Assembly (NCBI GenBank): GCA_001949185.1
Contig: BDGG01000013.1
Span: 1,003,226 to 1,067,225, forward strand
DNA: 64,000 bases
Source: Ramazzottius varieornatus
Taxonomy: Eukaryota; Animalia; Tardigrada
Direction of reading: 5' to 3'
In this document: positions 14,001-26,580 of the stretch, one piece after another
Layout: the number at the start of each line of letters is the position of its first letter
Position numbering within the stretch: the first letter of the stretch is position 1
Notes under the pieces: generated by a model
Told to the model about the DNA's origin: nothing
Databases searched by the model: none
Seen by the model: only the letters and a program-made list of their open reading frames with translations
Made by a program: the position numbers and the translations under genes

Positions 14001-17000
14001 TGACCACCGGAAGGGATGCATTTTCAGCGCTGTATGTGTTTTTCGCAGGTTTACCGATTTTTGAGAACTTACGTTGTGAACTACCGTGGTAAAGGGACGT
14101 ACGCTGAGGCTTTGGTGGAACTAGAGGCGCAGAATATTGTGAAGATGACCTGCAGAGAAATGGCGGTATAGGCTCCCCAATCATTCAAGCACCATAAAGC
14201 ACAGAACTACCAACTCTGAAAGTTCGTTCGAAAGAAAAGACGAGAGGATAATTGGGCTTGTTTTCTGACATGAAATCGGAATGTTCAAGGTTACAAAAAA
14301 ATAACTTGCACATACGCAGGTCGCGTGTGGGGCGTCGACGGTATCATGGAAGCGCTGGTCCGTCGAGGAACAGAAGAAGCACTTTGTTGTGTAGCGGCCA
14401 GCGGAAAGTGATAAGACGGCTGCTTGTCGTAGATGGACGTAGTGTCAAATTCAGGCTCGGAAAAGTAGCTAATATCGTCGACAAGCTGCCCAAGTCGGAA
14501 GGCGGCAGAGGAGGCGGGAAGCTGGAAGGCACTGTTGTTGCTGTTGTGGGGAGGAAGCCGTAATGGCTGATCCTGATCAGCTTCCACTATCTTCAACACC
14601 GACCGATCGCGGATATCACTACAACCAGCCAGAGTACACTTAAAATGTACATCGAGATCGGCTCTACTTTAGAAATGACAGCACACATAAAAGGCTCCAA
14701 TTTTTATGCTCGTCAACAAGGCAATGAAGTACTGCGTAGGAGGAATCGATTCTGTGTACTGCAGAGTTTGAGTTTGATCGCTGGAGATTGCGCATCTGAA
14801 GTGTGGATTGGATGAAAGGAAATGTGATTATAAGAGTCTGTTGGGGTATTTCGGCATTTCTGAGGACAAAAAGAGCAGATAGTTGATGCTCTAGTGATAC
14901 ACTTTCCACCATGTGTTGTTATTACGGCATGTTGTACAATTTTAGGCTCCTGTTTTACATGGATCCATTTCTGCCCGGTATCATCGACGACTGAAAATAT
15001 GCTTCACACACTAGATTAACGCCTGGTTAGATGCAATTAACAACCGGGTGGACAAATTTCAGTGTTTGCAAGTGAAAAATTGATCGTTTATCTAAGAATG
15101 GGCGCTGTGAACATAATCCGTGCAGAACTGCATGGGCTTGGTCGTATTAAATTTGGAAAAACCACAGATGGACATAATTGCATGTAACTATCCATCCGAA
15201 GGCGGATCTCATTAACTAGGACGTCTTTAAAAATAATCGCCGTCTGGCAAAAAAAAATAACGGTAGAAAGAAGCTTTCGGAGACAACTCAGTCGACTGAT
15301 TTTCCTCACAGACATTATAATCTTCTAACAAACTGTTCCGATTGTGTTGCACTTGAACGAACTGTACGACGTACCTGTTCCGAAGGACTCAACAGAGTCA
15401 TACTGTATTACCTCCGATAATTTCCGTACGTCAAAGATATTATTTATACTTGAATGGTAATGCGCTGTTTGCGATATCTCGCCGGCACATAGTCTGGTGA
15501 CGTCACCGGTCGTCAACGAATCAGCTGATCGGTTAAACGATCCTGAAAAAGTTAGATTCCACCTTCTGAAACGGTTTTTCAGTGTTGTCGCACCTCCGAT
15601 GTTTCTATTCACTGTTAGGAAAAATGAGAAAGCAAAAGACTCGTTTAGAAAGTACAACTCGACGGCGGAAGTCAAATCCTATTGAGAATTCAGAGCTTAA
15701 AAGGACGAAAGATGGTGACGTAACTGGGCGACCTCGCCTTTGATTCGCAATCTCTGTGAAGGAATGAATGGCTGTGACGTACGGAAATTGGGCTGTGGGC
15801 AAGGTTCCTCAAAAGTCTAGGGTCACAGAGTAGAGGCACAGCTGATGAAATTTGAAAAAGGCAAAGGAGGGTTCCGGGTTTTACTTAAAATTTCTCGGCC
15901 TCCACACGGCAAGGCCGGGCCCCTTCACTTGAGCTACCCTGGCCCTTGCCTAAATTTTCTCGACTTTGCCTCTACGTCGTAACCCCAGACTTCTCAGGAA
16001 CTTTGCCCAGAGCCAAATTATCGGAGGTAATACAATACCATGAATTCCTGCAAACTTTTATGTCAAGGAAATGGATAGTCTTACTTTACGTTTTATGAAT
16101 GCGACAAAACTAACTCACTATTTAGAGGAATTTAATGAATCAGACCGACACTAATCCATAGATACCGGATAGCGTTCAGTAGTTGACAGCACGCCCAATA
16201 TATTCTCCAGACGAACTTTTATGTAACCTTTAAGCGTTGTTATCACTGCTAATCCAAGTACATGTACACCGGTATAGAAACCAATCCACCACTTACCGTA
16301 AATCTTCCAGTTCATAGAACATATCACGACGTTGGTCCAGGACGTAAATTCTTCGTGGCTGTGAACTATCCAAATACTGCATCGTCAAGACTTTGGGGAA
16401 GGCCCTGACAAACAAGGCTTTAACCTACGAGCCACAGAAAAATCCACTGCAAACAACAGTTGGGTGGAACGTGGGAACGAGTCCGTGATTTACAACACAT
16501 CCTCTGACAATTGACTGAGAGTCATACGATAAACAGCAGATCGAACTTTCATGAGAAACAAACACAGCGTGCAATATCAACAAGTTCTTCTTCTTCTCCT
16601 TCGATGAAGTGCGGCAAGAGATGACTGACTTGACTTACAGTGTCTAGCGTGGTGATTTCGTTGGGTAAAACCGCACGCTTGGTTTCCTCGCGAAATTGCA
16701 AGAAGACAAGGCCTGCGTTGAAACAAAAAAGCACAGCGAGTCAGACAGATTATGTATAGATCGCGACGTCAAAGTCTAACGATGAATGTCACGCGTGATG
16801 TGTTAGTCAGGGATGGTGCAGTATAAATATAAACGGGGGTTCTCTCGGATGAACTGCCAAGTTCCAAAACTATGCATGAGGTTTGTGCAATATGCAACCG
16901 GAGAACCGTGATGTAGTGTGAGGAAGGCTTGAAGACTCACCGAGAGGCCGCTCAAGTGTCTTGGAGGGCGTCCTAACGATGGGCAAGCTGGCACGAGCGC

Positions 17001-19930
17001 GGTTTCCGCGCCGGAAACCCGTCGAGGTCGTATCAGCTTCCGACATGATGCCCGAATCGTCCGTTTCCTGGTAGGGCCTGGCGTTTCCCCCTTGGGACTC
17101 GTAGTAATCCAGACGAAGCTACGAATATCACCACGACTCATTACTGACCACTTTCGCCATCGAAAGAAAGCTCATACAATCCACCACATTGAAAATGGAG
17201 ATAATCAAGAATTCCATAGATGGTCATACGCCTACTTTGGCTCAAAGATCAGAGGGGGAGTAAGTCCTACTAGGCTTTTGTAATGGCCGCTCGTTTTCGA
17301 CATCTATCGGTAACTTTCGTCTCTAATATTGATTGTGCAAACTTTCGCTGTAATTTTTAGTGATCGCTTCGTAGTGTTCAAGGGTCAGTAAGAATGATCA
17401 TGAGGCGTACCCGGCTTCCGATGGTGGTCGGTTGAGCAGTCGCGGGAGCAGAGTAAACCGGGTTACTGTCGCTGCTGGTGCTGCGCTCTTCACGGTGGGA
17501 AGGCACGATTTTCGAAGAGGGGACGGAAGAAACATGGTCGACACTGCTTCGGCGGTTGGCACGACTGGATGTGTCTTCAGTGTCCGAGGAAGAGTTGTTG
17601 GAAGAAAGCCCAAAGGAGCGGTCAATTATCGAGGGCGGATGAGATGGCGCTCCTGTCGTCGATTCAGCCTGTAAAAAAAGGCTCAGTTTGGTAAAGCCAG
17701 GTTTGCTGACAGCGGGTCCCTTCTAGAAGACCTGAGAGCGTTTCGCACTGGTTCATGAACGATTCATAATTCCGAAGCAAAGCTTTCGACACAGAATTTG
17801 AGCGGGAGAGGATGGACCTTGAGGAGCAAAATGCCCTTCAGCTTTTCCGTTAGCTGTTTTCTGAAAGGCTTAGCACGTGAAGATAGCTGATGCAGTTCGG
17901 AAGTGCTGAGTCAAAGGCCCGATTAGTTGTTTTAATCTTGACAGATAGCCTGCCGTGCTTTCTAGCTTGTAGCGTTAGCTCGTGAGAAGTTTGGAGAAGC
18001 TTAAAAGTCAAGACAAATGGTAGCTTCCCACGTCTCGTGCCGCAGTGTGAGTTCTTCAGCGAGCGTTCTTTCATGAGCAAGGCGAGAAAAGGGGCCTTTT
18101 CAAACGTCCCTTTTCCTCATTGATTTCGTGTCAGTTTTGATTGATACCCACCAAGCTCATCTGGCTCCAACCAGGCACCAGTTCTCCAGAAATGCCACGT
18201 GAGACTAACTCCATGTCTTACGACAGAATCTTCGTCAGACACAATGACAAGTAACGACCGGTCTCAGCTGCGTATCTACTGCAAAATTTCTCGTCTCAGG
18301 AAAATACCTCATCAAGCTTTCTCACACAGCAGAGACATTGTACCATATTTGCAAGACACCTCGTAAACGTGTACGGATTTTGCTACGGTCGACCGACGAA
18401 GGGAACGCAATGATTTCCGGTTGATTAAGTCGGGTTATTTATTACCTCCGTGACAGCATGATCGACCTACATATCCTTCGAGCAATTTTCGCTCTTCACC
18501 GCGGGATGGTAATCCACGCACGGGAGAACCCCGTGTGGCTATTTAGACTTTTCATTCCAGCCATGCAAAGCCTTACCTCGTTGGATCGATGGGTGGTGGC
18601 CATGGAGCGATTACTTTCCGGCACTTCAGCCTCCACTTCTTCCTTAATGACGGTAATGCGTCCCGGTGGGTGTACCTTGATGGGTGATTTCAATATAGAG
18701 CTTTTATTGACCAGTGGCCTGAGCTGCTGGTCGGTGGTGCTGAAAGAGACGTTGTGCGGTGTGGAGCGACGGCCAGCGCTACCCCGACTGGGAAGTGTGG
18801 CGGAAGAGCAGAGTTGAACGGATGTCCGCTGTTTGGACTGGACATGTCCGTTGGAAGCGGGCTTGGGGGGCGGAGTTGGCTTGGACTCGAGGGTATTCCG
18901 TGTCGAGGGCGGATGTGGCAGAGGGGAAATGCCTGACGGATGTTGTGGTTGATAGGGCGGTGGAAGTAGCGGTGGTGGCACTGATGGCACGTAAGGGTCC
19001 CCAACTACAAAACAGAGATAGCATTCTGAATCAAACCGTGCTGGGTATTGCAGCTAACAGGACGAAACATCAAGCCACTCAAATGGTATGAAGACCGTAG
19101 GAAAAGGTAGGTTGCAGATATCGATCGTTCTTCAATCCGAACCCGAAACCCAACTCGAAATGTACATTTGCCTGGCCAGGATGGATCAGAATTCAGTGGG
19201 AAATTGAGCTGGATTATTTTCTCATGCATGAATGGTTTGATTCTATATGAGGGGATACTTTTCGATGTTCTGTGTTACGTGCATCTGGAGAACGCTTCCT
19301 TATCGCTTCGTTGAGTGAAGTTACGTTGGCGAACAAGTGCCTGTTTGACACATGTCAATTTGACGGGTACGTGGATCCGAGTAAATTTATCTGACGCAGT
19401 AAATCAAAGAGGCTACAAGCGTCTACTTGAAAGATAAAGGAAGAAAGGACTCACAACGTGAAGTGCAAATTCCACTGACTGCTCGAGTTTACCCGTACTC
19501 GCGGGCAGCAGCATACTAGGCCGCGACTAGTTGGCATATTACTTTCGGTCTAGGTTGCTCGCATCAGTTCCCAAAGGTAAACATAAGATCGGCTGTTTGA
19601 CAACGTTCCTTAGTTCGCCCACAAAGTAACAAACTAAGCACACACCCGAAAAGGTTTTACGGTCCCACGTTCTGAGGTTGCCCTATTTTGACACTATGTC
19701 ACGGTATTCAAATTTCTTTGGTCAATAAACGTTTCCAGCTAAATCTTCGTGAAACCGTCAGAAGGTATACCGTTGGCGGAAGTTGCGGGGCTCGTCGGTG
19801 GTTCTTCCGCCTTCCAGCCATTAGGGCTAATGAGAGGCTCCGACTCGGAATGCGGAACCAAAATAGTCTCATAGTGAACGGCATAATCCTCTTGCTGACT
19901 GATACACAGCGCTTGACACAACTGGCTCAT
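8046..19930 (-). CDS. AIP3-domain coiled-coil protein, SRCIN1 (p140Cap)/KIAA1217-like; multi-exon, start codon tentative
   Basis: Spliced exons give GLVFLQFREETKRAVLPNEITTLDT-VKALFVRAFPKVLTMQYLD...RDMFYELEDL-DIRDRSVLKIVE (16712-14560), RVDAMERHLANLTGLVQKAL, a coiled coil at 12530-12920, Pro-rich segments and C-terminus KKIYETDIL* (TAG at 8046-8048). Confidence 0.85.
9056..9793. mobile_element. Non-autonomous Tc1/mariner-type element in an intron
   Basis: TIRs of about 35 bp, CAGCCTGAGGGGGCCAAGTGACTACCACCTGTATA and TATACAAGTGGTAGTCACTTGGCCCCCTAAGGCTG, with TA on both sides. Confidence 0.85.
10492..11085. mobile_element. Non-autonomous Tc1/mariner-type element in an intron
   Basis: 28-bp TIRs CAGCCCGTTCAAGCAAAGTTGTCACCAC and GTGGTGACAGGTTTGCTCGAACGGGCTG, TA on both flanks. 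Confidence 0.85.
11818..11983 (+). mobile_element. MITE with TA target duplication, same family as 50948-51145
   Basis: Shares ttatgggaccaggccttttcgctacgg.ggtacgga and internal sequence with the 50948 copy; degenerate TIRs, TA flanks. Confidence 0.8.
12456..12502. repeat. GTGGCGCAC-N25-GTGCGCCAC element, intronic
   Basis: aagtggcgcacg-tttccattgttactggcgaggag-cgtgcgccactt. Confidence 0.9.
15786..16019. mobile_element. MITE with long imperfect TIRs, same family as 54752-55001
   Basis: aattgggctgtgggcaaggttcctcaaaagtctagggtcac...gtagaggca pairs with tgcctctac...ccagacttctcaggaactttgcccagagccaaatt. Confidence 0.75.
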
Positions 19931-20201
19931 GTCAGACGATCACGCATTACAGCATAGTTCAAGATATGATTTAAACGATAATTCCACATAAATTTTCCTC
20001 TTGGTAATCACCGACATTCGGGAGAAAATAACGCCATATACAGAACGAGGAAACGTTTCCGACAAAATAGGGGGAAGATCGGCGGGAAACGTTGTTCAAA
20101 AACTTGGAAGAGGGCCGAACGATGGGGAAGAAATGTTTTATTCAGCGTTAACCAACCAAGGACAGGAAAAGGATCAAATGATCATTTTCAATCCTATCAA
20201 T

Positions 20202-20552
20202 ATGCGAGGGGCATGTCTGGCTGCTTGTGTCTATTTGGTGTTTGCAAACATGGCAGGAGCGAGTGTACAGCCAGCGCCTGCAGACACTTTCTTCCACACG
20301 TACATTGCGCAGAGTCCCTCAAAGATGCGGGGGATCGTGACAGGCCATTTGCATATACATGGACTTCGACGTGCCGTGTTATACAGTAACGGGAAGGAAG
20401 TAACGGCTACGGGCAGGCCTCTTCCCGTTTTGTGCTCTATTGGACGATTGAAGGACGGCTTGACAATGTGTCGGGTCAAATCGATCACCTCCTTCCTGTG
20501 GCTTGTCCCTGCTGAGATCCAGGCAATTCAATGTCCATCAAGACGTGTATGA
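20202..20552 (+). CDS. Putative small secreted protein (116 aa), no recognisable family
   Basis: Intronless ORF from the ATG at 20202 with a signal-peptide-like start MRGACLAACVYLVFANMAGA and several Cys; no homology recognised. Confidence 0.35.
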   Translation: MRGACLAACVYLVFANMAGASVQPAPADTFFHTYIAQSPSKMRGIVTGHLHIHGLRRAVLYSNGKEVTATGRPLPVLCSIGRLKDGLTMCRVKSITSFLWLVPAEIQAIQCPSRRV

Positions 20553-23500
20553 ACTGCCATCAATACGCGTCCATTACCCTAGACTGCAAAACTTCCGTGT
20601 AGATCACACCTACTTTTCCCGTCCTGCAAACCTCGGAAAATAACCCACAGGCATTTCAAGATTGAAGCGGGGCATTTCTGTGTTTTTTTCCTGGAAGGAA
20701 ATGTTATTCGAAGCCCAGTTCGTTTTGGGTTTGTTAGCCGGATGACTTAGTGGGTGGAGGGGTAGAGAGATAGTTTGAGGCAGATCTTAATGGAACAGCG
20801 TTGCGGATTAGGGACTTTCAATTGAAGATCAATACAAAATGCATTATCGTTTGGTTTATCGGGTGAAAAATTAGTGGATCAAACGGAGAGAAACAGGGCC
20901 ACTAATATTTGAGGAAAAGCCCAGAGGGACTTGCATGGAATATTTATTCGTTGCGTTAATCAACTGGAGCTGACTATGCCAGGCAATAGACTTCTTTGTG
21001 TCCACTCCGGCCAAGTACATGTACCATCTTTGCGGCGACAAAAAGTTAACCCTATACAGATTCTGAACACGACACAGTCTCAATATATTCTACAGGGCAG
21101 TCAACCTCCGAGCTCTACTGAGTGAATCTCTAGCTGGATGATCGTTTAAACCTTCTTCTACAGTGGGCCGTAATGTTGGACTCATGGGCCAACTTATGCA
21201 AGGTTGAAAGCTCAGCGTTGCTGTCTTCGACACAACAGAGTCGTAAATTTTTGCCGAAGATACTGCGATCGATAGCCGAGACCTAGCAGGGAAGAACCAG
21301 TACCTGGCTTTGCGGGGCGTCTGTTGAATATTGATCCGCGGTTTTCCGGGCTGGCGAACCGCGAACTCGCACCGCTACAATTATTCCCGTTATTCCTGTG
21401 CAAGTGAGACGTCAGTGAAGACCACATTCGCTCGGGTACAAATAACAAGCCAAATCAAGACGGCCAGTACGCATCGATCGATGTTAATCAGCAGCGTGAT
21501 TACTCCCGTGTTTTACTCGGGTTTTTTAGGAAGAGGATTCAGGAAGTTGATGATACTCTGACTTTTGGATATCCGTTCAACCCTCGCCGCAGTACACGTA
21601 TGCCACATCACAAGGACAAGACAGATATCGGGGAAAAACGTCACATGATTTCGCCACTAGTGAGGAAAGAGCAACAAACATGAACTCGAATAAAATGACC
21701 GGCAAATACGCAAATAACAGCCTCGGTTCGCTCCATGGATTTTTATGGAGCCATTAGATTTTATAATCGTCGTACGGTGCTCCGCGCTGTGACTTCTCTC
21801 GCTTGGAACTACATGGTGCCGGTCCATTTCCAGGCATCATCAAAGCGCAACCCAGCTGTTAGATCAGCACCTGAACCATTCCACCACACCAGGGATGAAT
21901 GGAAAGTATCATGTTGTCCCCGCCCACAAAAACATAATGCAGACTTCAATCCACAACGTTCTATCCACCAGTTCAATCCAGATGCAATCACAGTTCAGTT
22001 TAAATTAGTACATAGCCCAGCTGAACACGATCAAGTGATCAAAGCACCAAGCGCCCAGTATGTCGACACTGAAGTTGCCATATTTCCACGATATCTGTAA
22101 ACTCTTGATAATGCTTTCACCATGAGTAATGATGGAACATATGACAAATCTCTGACGATTGAATATCGCTGACGTTGGAATCTCCAATTAGAATTTTCTG
22201 AAACAGTAATCAATTGAGCGTAATTGTGGCAGGTTGAAGGAAACAGAGATGTAGGCAATTCCCTTCCTCCTCGGAAATTCAAATCACGAACAGAAAGATT
22301 CTTTCACCGCAAAGTCGCGACCTCGACGCAGCAAGAGGCATTTTATTAATGCAGCTGTTGCGATACAGAAGAAAATATACTAGTGTTCGAACCCGGCGAT
22401 TGATGGTCCAGAAGAGCGAGCACGCAGCGAGGAGCCAGCCTGGCAGGCTTTTAAGTGCAGATCATAATACCCAGACATAATGATGACATTGACAATTGCT
22501 AATGACATGCCTTCCAGATAATCCGCCGTCTCTCCGCTCTTGTATCATGAACTACTCCTCAAGCCTCTGTCTAGGTCTCCGCTCAAGACGAGGAGCCAGA
22601 CATGCGACGAGCTAAGCTGAAGGTGCGTTAAAGACTTATAAGATGTTCGATTGTCACTCAAGCTCTTCGGCCTCCGCAGAACATCACATCCTGTGTGCAT
22701 AGCGCCAACAGTACAACCTTTGTTCGACAGCTTGATGAACTGTCTTCATGGGAAACCTAGAGAATACAGCACTAATCTAATTTCGGCCGTGTATTTTGAA
22801 GTCGCTACTGCATGTACGGGACAGAGAATGTGCTTGCGCAGCGTCGTTCGGTGCGCTGAGAGAAGAAATCTAGGGTAGGGTTATATGATAGATAGGAAGG
22901 GGGAAATATGGGAAGCTTTGGGGTAATCACGAAGCGTGTGGAAGGTAGTGTTTTGGTGCCGCCGTAACTATACATATGCGTTGAGTTTCTATTGAAAGAC
23001 CTAAACTGAAAAGCCAACTATACGGAAACCAGGGATTGCTACTGTGTAAACATTCATCCTACAGTACAACCGTACTGCTCTACCACCGCTTAGTTAAATT
23101 AAGATTTGAAGATGAAGTGATGATAAGTAGTACACTCTAAATATAGCGTACAAATGAGCAGCGAACTGGAGAGCTGGTCTCGTGGAACTCATCGAGTCGA
23201 ACGGAGCAAGCAATTAGAAGTACCATCTCCGCCTCACCAGCCGTCTTCGACCAAAAACGTTGTGCTCATCCGTTTTGAAACACTTAATGATCGAACATAA
23301 GATAGGCCTTCTGACGGCAATGGGCATTTGGGCTTTGGCGCGGCAGGAACCGGCGAAGAAGCATTGCGCAACGAACTATTTACCGGCTAGTCTTTATCAG
23401 CGTTACCCACTCAGAAAATATTAAAGGCTTTCTGGACTTAGGAGGGGCTCAGGTTCTAGCCCCCGACAGTTGACATAACGGCGCGGAAGGTTGTTCGAGA

Positions 23501-26500
23501 CGTCACGGTCTTCGGAGCGAGCCAGACAAAATCCAGCCGCCCAGTATTGTATTCAGTCTGGGCATAATTTTCGAACTTATTGATCAATCAAGCAACACAT
23601 TTCAGAAGACCGATATCGAAAACTGATACAAAAACTGGGTTACAAGAGCCACTATTCGCTTTTCAGTCTCAGTGGACCAGCTGTGCTTGATTGATTGAAA
23701 CGACGAAATTTTTTCCCAAGACTGAAAACAACTTTGCAGCCGCCGAAGAGCGGAAATGCTTGTTGAAAAGGCCTTTTGACTAATGACATTTCCGGAAGTC
23801 GCCAAGATGCCGGCGAAATGAGCAAGAGGAGCGTACAGAGTTAAGATATGTGATACGCTCTAACTTAAGAAGGAATTCAAGATGCGATCAAGCGAGGCGT
23901 GGTGCTTGCCTAACTGAATATACGGAACCACACTTCCTGTCAGCTTCAATTTCCCGCGACACGTTGCGCTATTCGAGCCTTTAATTCTTTTCGTACCCTG
24001 GCTCATCTGTGAGGTCTTTGCAGACCGAGAAGCGGCCTTCGACATGCAACGTTATGCCCGAAGAAACGCACTGATGTAATGGCCGCATGGTTGACTGCCA
24101 TCGAAAAATTTTTCCAGATGTGTTCAAGCGACACTATTTTCGACATTAACATGATCCTCAAGATTTGCAGGCGTACATGTTGCGTCAGAGAAAATGCAGG
24201 GGGAAACTGGAGAGCCGCAACAACCAGCCGAACATTTGATGGGTCCGTTGGCTGCTCTATTCAAACAGCCAAAAGATGTTCCGGTGAATGGATGAGCAAA
24301 GTGAGTCCACTTCAACGTCCAGCCCGGAACACCGCCATAAAAACTACTAAGCTTTTTCGGCTTTGCATCAAACGCGGGTCATACGAGTACCATAATTCCA
24401 CTGAATATTCGATTTGCTCGAGCCAGATATGCCACACAACTACGATCATGCCAACCCAATTTGCTACGTGCACATATGTGTTTTTCACATGATTCCTCGC
24501 GAACATGTACCCAATGATTGAAAATTTAGACGTTGAGGTCTAACAGAACTTCTGCGGACTTCGTAGCTGGAAACAGTTACAGTATGATAAAACCTTCCTG
24601 ATCCCAAGGGAATTCCAAGGTGGCTTGTTATAATTACTATTGGTCGATTCAGGGACGCTCTATTCGCCATCGCTACAACAGCCTTGTACAGTATACATAT
24701 AAGCGAGACAGTCCAAATCATTAGCGGTTACCGGATCACACCCCCTCGTCAACGTCTCATAGAAGTCATCCCTGCCACGGCGTCTTACCTTTGAACGGAT
24801 TTCAGGACACGATTTCCAATATGGTTTAACCCGCAAATTAGTATCCAGAGATCGAAGATCAGAACCCGTGGAGTTTGTAGGTCCGAACCAAGTGGAGTGC
24901 GGACGAGCACAGTGAGAAAGATTCAACAGTTGCACTGCGAGACGACAAAAAAGGTCGGTAGATCCCAACCAACGATAATCCAAGCCTCGACAAAGATGGA
25001 TGGTGGATCTCAAGATCTGCTCTGACGACTTTTTCAATCACGACGGAAAGCTGCCATGACAGGATGACGAGAGTACGGACAAACTCAGAGTGATGTATCT
25101 GTGGCGGCGCCACTTGTGCTGCGCCAGTCGAACCTCCTTCTGGCTAGTGTACACATACTTGCGCGAGGACCTTCAGTGCAAGGAGCTCTCTGAAGAGTAC
25201 TACAGTCCACATCAGACGACCATTAAGTGCCGATGGATTTAGAAACTGTCAGCAGCACTTTGCCTTGTTGATTATAGAGCAGCTTCTTCCTAACTTCTTC
25301 CCAATTGCTATCATGAAGAACCATGATTGGGCCGCCGCCCGGATGGCAAAAATACCACCAATCAGTATCAGTGAAACCCAGGTACGCAGTTCTAAACCTA
25401 CAGTTTTCTTGCTTATGCGCTTCATAGAGTTGCTGTTCAAATTCGAACGCTTAACATTTTTCTACCCTTGCTTCGACATCTCCAGCAAATTTCATACTAC
25501 GGAAGCTTCCGTAGGAAGCAAACGGCGTGTAACTGGCGAATATTCGAATATCACAAGTGTGCAGAAGACTGCGTAAACATGGCCACATTTTCCACATTCT
25601 ACAGCGGGCTTTTCACTGGCTCCCAGCTGTGTCTACTTTCCAGTAAACAATCTCGGCTGGTACGCATTTGTGTCTTCAGTTCTTCCTCGACATCAGAACA
25701 CTCGCATATTTCGTATGAAACCGTAGAAAACAGTTGAGAAATTGCCAAAACTGCCTCAGCAATAACAACAAAACTTACAACGAATTTGTGTCCACCGTAT
25801 TTGGTTCCATCAAATTTTTAGAGCCACAATCAGCATTGAGTGGTTGCCGTTAAAACTTACAACCACGTAATAAATACTTTGGCCGGACACAAAAGTGGAC
25901 AAAGTGTTGTCAGAGACAAGAATATCTATTAATGAATCTGACATTCGCAACGGGATATCGCTTTGAGAACGCCGTGTGTCCCCCACTTCATCATATCATC
26001 ATTCATATCGTATCACTTCCTTCCCATCACTCCTCAAAGATATCCATACCGACATTCTGCCCAGCTCATTCACAGCACCACACTCTCTACATCAATTCTG
26101 ACTGGTCGACACTGACCAGGTAGAATTCCGATCATCAAAATAGCCAACGGCGCCGCGATTACCAGGAAGCCATACAGCGCTAAACGGCACAACGGATTAA
26201 TTCTCAAACACCTTCGTAACCGCAACTGTCAATTATTTTTCACATCAACCCTATAGTTACTCAATATTCATCGAAACACGTCATGAAATGTCAAATATTA
26301 ATGACAAATGTTGGACTAATTTTGTGGTGTTCAGAGCGTACATCACGAGCAAGATAGAAGAGAATTTCTCAGCTTCAGCTCACCCGGATCAATTTCCTGT
26401 TTTTCTGAATATTTTGTCAAGTGTCTGCATATTATCTTTCTTCTCATACTGTGGAATTTTGAAGTTGCATGCCCGGTTCATGAGAGAATCGGTTGTGACG

Positions 26501-26531
26501 TCGGCAGATGGCTTCGCCCAGATCGTTAATT

Positions 26532-26580
26532 CAAGTGACGCACGTTTTCATTGAGGTTGGCTGGCAGCGTGCGCCACTGG
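26532..26580. repeat. GTGGCGCAC-N25-GTGCGCCAC element, apparently intergenic
   Basis: caagtgacgcac-N25-gtgcgccactgg. Confidence 0.85.
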
